This document shows positions 23,665 through 26,963 of a stretch of 26,963 nucleotides of DNA, piece after piece (position 1 is the first letter of the stretch; each line of letters starts with the position of its first letter). The position numbers were made by a program, and so were the translations under genes. The notes under the pieces are model-generated. The model saw only the letters and a program-made list of their open reading frames with translations, searched no databases and was not told the origin of the DNA. The stretch comes from Lentisphaeria bacterium (GTDB lineage: Bacteria > Verrucomicrobiota > Lentisphaeria > Victivallales > UBA1829): assembly GCA_017623265.1 (NCBI GenBank), contig JAGAPM010000108.1, positions 1 through 26,963 of the forward strand, given 5' to 3'.

Positions 23665-25626
23665 TTACAGTTCCACGGGGATGGTGATAAAGTCGAGGGC
23701 GGGGACCTCTGCCATTCCGCATAAGATCTTGCCGTTCATACGGATGGACCATTCGCCATCCTGCGTTTCTTCCGTCAGGTTGGCAAGAACGATCAAACCC
23801 TTATTGCCCTTCCAGTAAAGGGACATACCGACTTTATCGCTGTCCGTCCGGACAATACCTTCACCGGGAGCGGTATGATGTTCGTATTTCGTGAACTCCG
23901 CCAGATCTTTGGCGTGATCGTTGTAAAGATCGAACGTGGATTGGGGGCAACCAACATCCACGCACAGCGTGGCGTGATGCAGGAGCGTAACCAGCGCCAG
24001 TTTGCGGAGCTGCACCGGAGTTGCGCCGGGGAGCATGACGCAGATGGAACGGGGGGCAATATTCAGGAAGTGTACATGAGGCGTAAACATTTCCGGGAAG
24101 ATGTCGAAATATTCCGTCTCTTCGGTCAGGATCATATCGCCCATATTTTCCAGCGCCAGACTGGGGACGTTGGTCAGGTGGAGATAGAGTTTTCCCTTGT
24201 CCCCTGCGAGCGCGCGGCTCCATTCGATGAACTCCAGAAGTTTATCGTTGTCCCAGTGCCGTTTACCGTGGTTGTGTTCGGGGTTGATACATTCCAGCCC
24301 CATACACCAGTCAAAGTACAGCCCGTTGAATGCGTGGTTGTCCATCACGACCTGAATGGATTTTTTCCGGACCTTAAACCAGTCGCTTTCGAGACACATC
24401 TGAATCCCGAAAAGGCTGGTTCCGAAGAAGGTTTCCATACAGGCTTCCCCTTCCACGACCCGGCGGGTACTGGGGGGACCGAACTTTTCAAAATCCGGCG
24501 CCTCGGGATGATATTCCTTGACGGAGAAATAGGGGACCACCGTAATGCCGTTTTTATTGCAGTTTTAAATGACGGCATACATATTTTTCATCTCGTCTGC
24601 GGGGTACGGGGGATAGTCTGCATAACTCCAGAAGATGCCGTTTGCATAGAAGTCGCCGTCGTTGTGCAGACGCAGCATGCTGACTTTGTTCTTCTTGCAC
24701 GCTTTGAGGTCGGCGGCAGTGGGCCAGCGTTCTTCAAAGGGCTTACTGCTGCGGAGCAGCCCGCCCGCCAGATCCAGCGGCAGGATGTTCTTCTTGACAA
24801 AGGGCAGCGCCAGACGGTAGGTAAACGTGTACGTTCCTTTCTTGACAATGTTCCCGGCGCGGGGGGAATCCAGCGGCGCAAAGACCGCTTCATAACGCCA
24901 CGGATCACGGGCTTCGCAAACAGATCCCTGCGCCAGACCGGGGAAAGAATTTCCCAGATTGTCCCATGCGCCGAGATCGTCACCCATACTCATTTCCAAC
25001 GCTTCCAGTCCGTTCTTTAAGAAGGTAACGGAAAGGGGCAGATAGCGGGAGCGATACGCCGGCAGGTCACTGCGGCTCTTGCCGTGAACCAGATCGATCC
25101 ACCAGCAGGGATTCTGCAGTTCCACCGCCCACGAAGCCTGTGAACAGGGACGGACTGCCACCCGGTCCATATCATCCCGCACGCCCAGCGTACCGATCCG
25201 GATATGTCCCAGATCCATATCTTTGGTCAGCTTGACCTTGACCGTGTGGCTTGCTGCGCCGTCCGGGTGAAAGAGGACCGTATGTTTGACAGAAGCAGAA
25301 GGGAGTGCTTTGCCGTCTTTATCATAGAGTTTCGAGCTGTATTCCAGTTTTACAAATCCATCTTCAACTTCTTCACAGGCAAAGGAATCTGCTTTTCCAA
25401 ATGCAGTCTCAAAGTGATGATACTGACGCCACCCGCCCCGGACCCACGGACAAAGCGCTGTGGACTGTGCCTGAAGCAGGATATTGGTATTGGTGCCGTT
25501 CTTGACATAGGCGCCGGTCAGTTCACCGCCTTTTGCAGGATCGTGTTCCCAGCGGACAAATTTGTTTTCGATCACGGCAATGCCGTTTTTCTTCATCTTG
25601 ACGGTAAAAGGTGCTAATTCAGCCAT
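23665..25626 (-). pseudogene. Putative glycoside-hydrolase-like protein (beta-supersandwich plus TIM-barrel, family unassigned) interrupted by one in-frame TAA at 24565-24567
   Basis: ORFs 24565-25626 and 23665-24540 are in the same frame and joined by 8 sense codons: ...EMKNMYAVI*NCNKNGITVVPYFSVKEYH...; barrel motifs RLHNDG, PYFS, GLYFDW. SD GAAGGA before ATG 25626; none evident before GTG 24540. Confidence 0.75.
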
Positions 25627-25682
25627 AAAAATCGTTCCTTCAATTTCTGGAAATTTGGATTAATTTTTCAAGACGTATTGTT

Positions 25683-25740
25683 AATATGTAAGCATAAGAG
25701 CAAAAATCAAGGTGGAAAATCAAAAAAATGGCGGTATATT
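25683..25740. promoter_or_regulatory. Back-to-back divergent promoters for the GH-like gene and the MATE gene
   Basis: Plus strand: TGGAAA(25713-18)-N16-TATATT(25735-40). Minus strand: TTGATT(25710-05)-N16-CATATT(25688-83). The -35 boxes are 2 bp apart, as at murD/ychF. Confidence 0.5.
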
Positions 25741-25772
25741 ATAGACTTTCTTTCCGAAACGAAGGTGATTTT

Positions 25773-26963
25773 ATGATAAATGGAACAAAAAATCTGACCC
25801 GGGGCAGCATGACCGGGAATCTGCTTGTTTTTGCAGTGCCTTTTCTGCTGGCAAATCTGGTTCAGGCGATGTACAGTGCAGTAGACCTGTGGGTGGTCGG
25901 AAAATTCGGCGGCGGCAAGATCGGTGTGGCAGCAGTCTCCAACGGTGGCGAAGTCATGCACCTGGTCATGTCCTTCATCATGGGGCTGACAACCGGTGCA
26001 ACGGTCCTGATCGGGCGCTATTTCGGTGCCGGAGACAAACGCAATACCTGCCGGAGCATCGGGATGGTGATGAGTTTCTCCCTGCTGATGAGTGTTTTTG
26101 TGACGGCGGGGCTGGTGTTGCTGGCGCCGCTTCTTGTTTCGGCATTACATGTTCCGGATGAAGCGGTAAAAGAAACGATCCAGTATATTTCCATCTGCTC
26201 CTGGGGTGTGGTGTTTATCATCGGCTACAACGCTCTGGCAGCGATCTTCCGTGGATTCGGCAACAGCGTGGCGCCTCTGATTTTTGTGGGTGTGGCATGT
26301 TTCTGCAATATTGTGGGTGATGTGCTGCTGGTGGCGAAATGGGATATGGGCGTCCGGGGGGCGGCGTATGCCACGGTCATCTCACAGGCGTTGAGTATGT
26401 TTCTGGCACTGGCATTCCTCTGGAAAGGGAAATTCGGGTTCAAATTTGCATTGCCAAACTTCCGGATCAACTGGGGTCTGGTATGGCAATATCTCAAAAT
26501 CGGGATCCCCATTGGTCTGCAGAGCATCCTGATCGGACTCTCCTTCCTCTTTATCGTTTCGATCGTCAACGCCATGGGCGGCGCCGATTCCGCCCCCGCC
26601 GCCGGATACGGGATCGTCAACCGGATCAACGGCTTCGCCATGCTTCCGGCAATGTCCTTCGCCATGGCGCTCTCCGCCCTGACAGCGCAGAACATGGGTG
26701 CAAACAAACCGGTTCGCGCCATCAAAACACTTTGGCTTGCAATCGGTTATACCTGGACGGCAGGATTGATCTTTTTCTCCCTGCTCCAGTTCTTTCCGGA
26801 ACAGATGGTGGGGCTGTTCATCGATCAAAACAGCGCCGGTGCCGATGACGTGATCCGGAACGGTGTTCTCTACGCAAGAAGTTTCAGCATCGACTACATC
26901 CTCGTTCCGATCGTATTCTGTACCAACGGTTTCTTCAACGGATGCGGCAGATCTTTCTTCTCC
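25773..26963 (+). CDS. MATE family efflux transporter (3'-truncated by window end)
   Basis: Hand translation: MINGTKNLTRGSMTGNLLVFAVPFLLANLVQAMYSAVDLWVVGKF...RYFGAGD...FRGFGNS..PL...NIVGD...GAAYATVISQ...AQNMGA. Open for 397 codons to the window edge and so missing from the ORF track. SD AAGGTG. Confidence 0.93.
   Translation, partial: MINGTKNLTRGSMTGNLLVFAVPFLLANLVQAMYSAVDLWVVGKFGGGKIGVAAVSNGGEVMHLVMSFIMGLTTGATVLIGRYFGAGDKRNTCRSIGMVMSFSLLMSVFVTAGLVLLAPLLVSALHVPDEAVKETIQYISICSWGVVFIIGYNALAAIFRGFGNSVAPLIFVGVACFCNIVGDVLLVAKWDMGVRGAAYATVISQALSMFLALAFLWKGKFGFKFALPNFRINWGLVWQYLKIGIPIGLQSILIGLSFLFIVSIVNAMGGADSAPAAGYGIVNRINGFAMLPAMSFAMALSALTAQNMGANKPVRAIKTLWLAIGYTWTAGLIFFSLLQFFPEQMVGLFIDQNSAGADDVIRNGVLYARSFSIDYILVPIVFCTNGFFNGCGRSFFS

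Noticed and set aside
24565-24567. Genetic-code reassignment, selenocysteine or pyrrolysine at the internal stop
   Set aside because: The codon is TAA, not TGA or TAG, and TAA terminates many genes normally in this window (e.g. GT9, wzm, hlyD, murD).
1-26963. Visibly frequent GATC and CCGGA/TCCGG words
   Set aside because: Explainable by codon usage (ATC, GAT, CCG-GAA). I could not compute expected counts, so no methylation or uptake-sequence claim is made.

Overview
Chromosomal window from a diderm, peptidoglycan-making bacterium. The gene repertoire (FG-GAP-repeat secreted protein, LacI plus unclassified glycoside-hydrolase-like genes) suggests Lentisphaeria/PVC, but that is inference. 1-8.5 kb is a surface-assembly locus: the C-terminus of an FG-GAP/VCBS-repeat protein, a GT9-wzm-wzt-GT4 glycan export operon, and a type I secretion pair. 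The HlyB-like ABC protein has two tandem inactive C39-like domains, and the HlyD-like adaptor has both arms of its helical hairpin internally duplicated. 8.6-20.1 kb is mostly housekeeping: flavin reductase-like, murD, ychF, murJ, nitroreductase, a hypothetical, CE4 deacetylase, GNAT, HI0933 flavoprotein, icd, GNAT, DUF2156. 20.1-25.6 kb is a putative carbohydrate-use cluster: LacI with a palindromic operator, a DapA-fold aldolase, a 144-nt near-perfect four-way-junction element, an esterase fused to a partial SMP-30 propeller, and a GH-like gene split by one in-frame TAA. The window ends in a MATE transporter truncated by the window edge. No rRNA, tRNA, CRISPR array or transposase was recognised. 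Top signals are the duplicated T1SS domains, the cloverleaf element, the in-frame stop, a shortened paralogue of the GH-like gene 9 kb away, and a recurring TTGAAA-N16-TATATT promoter grammar.
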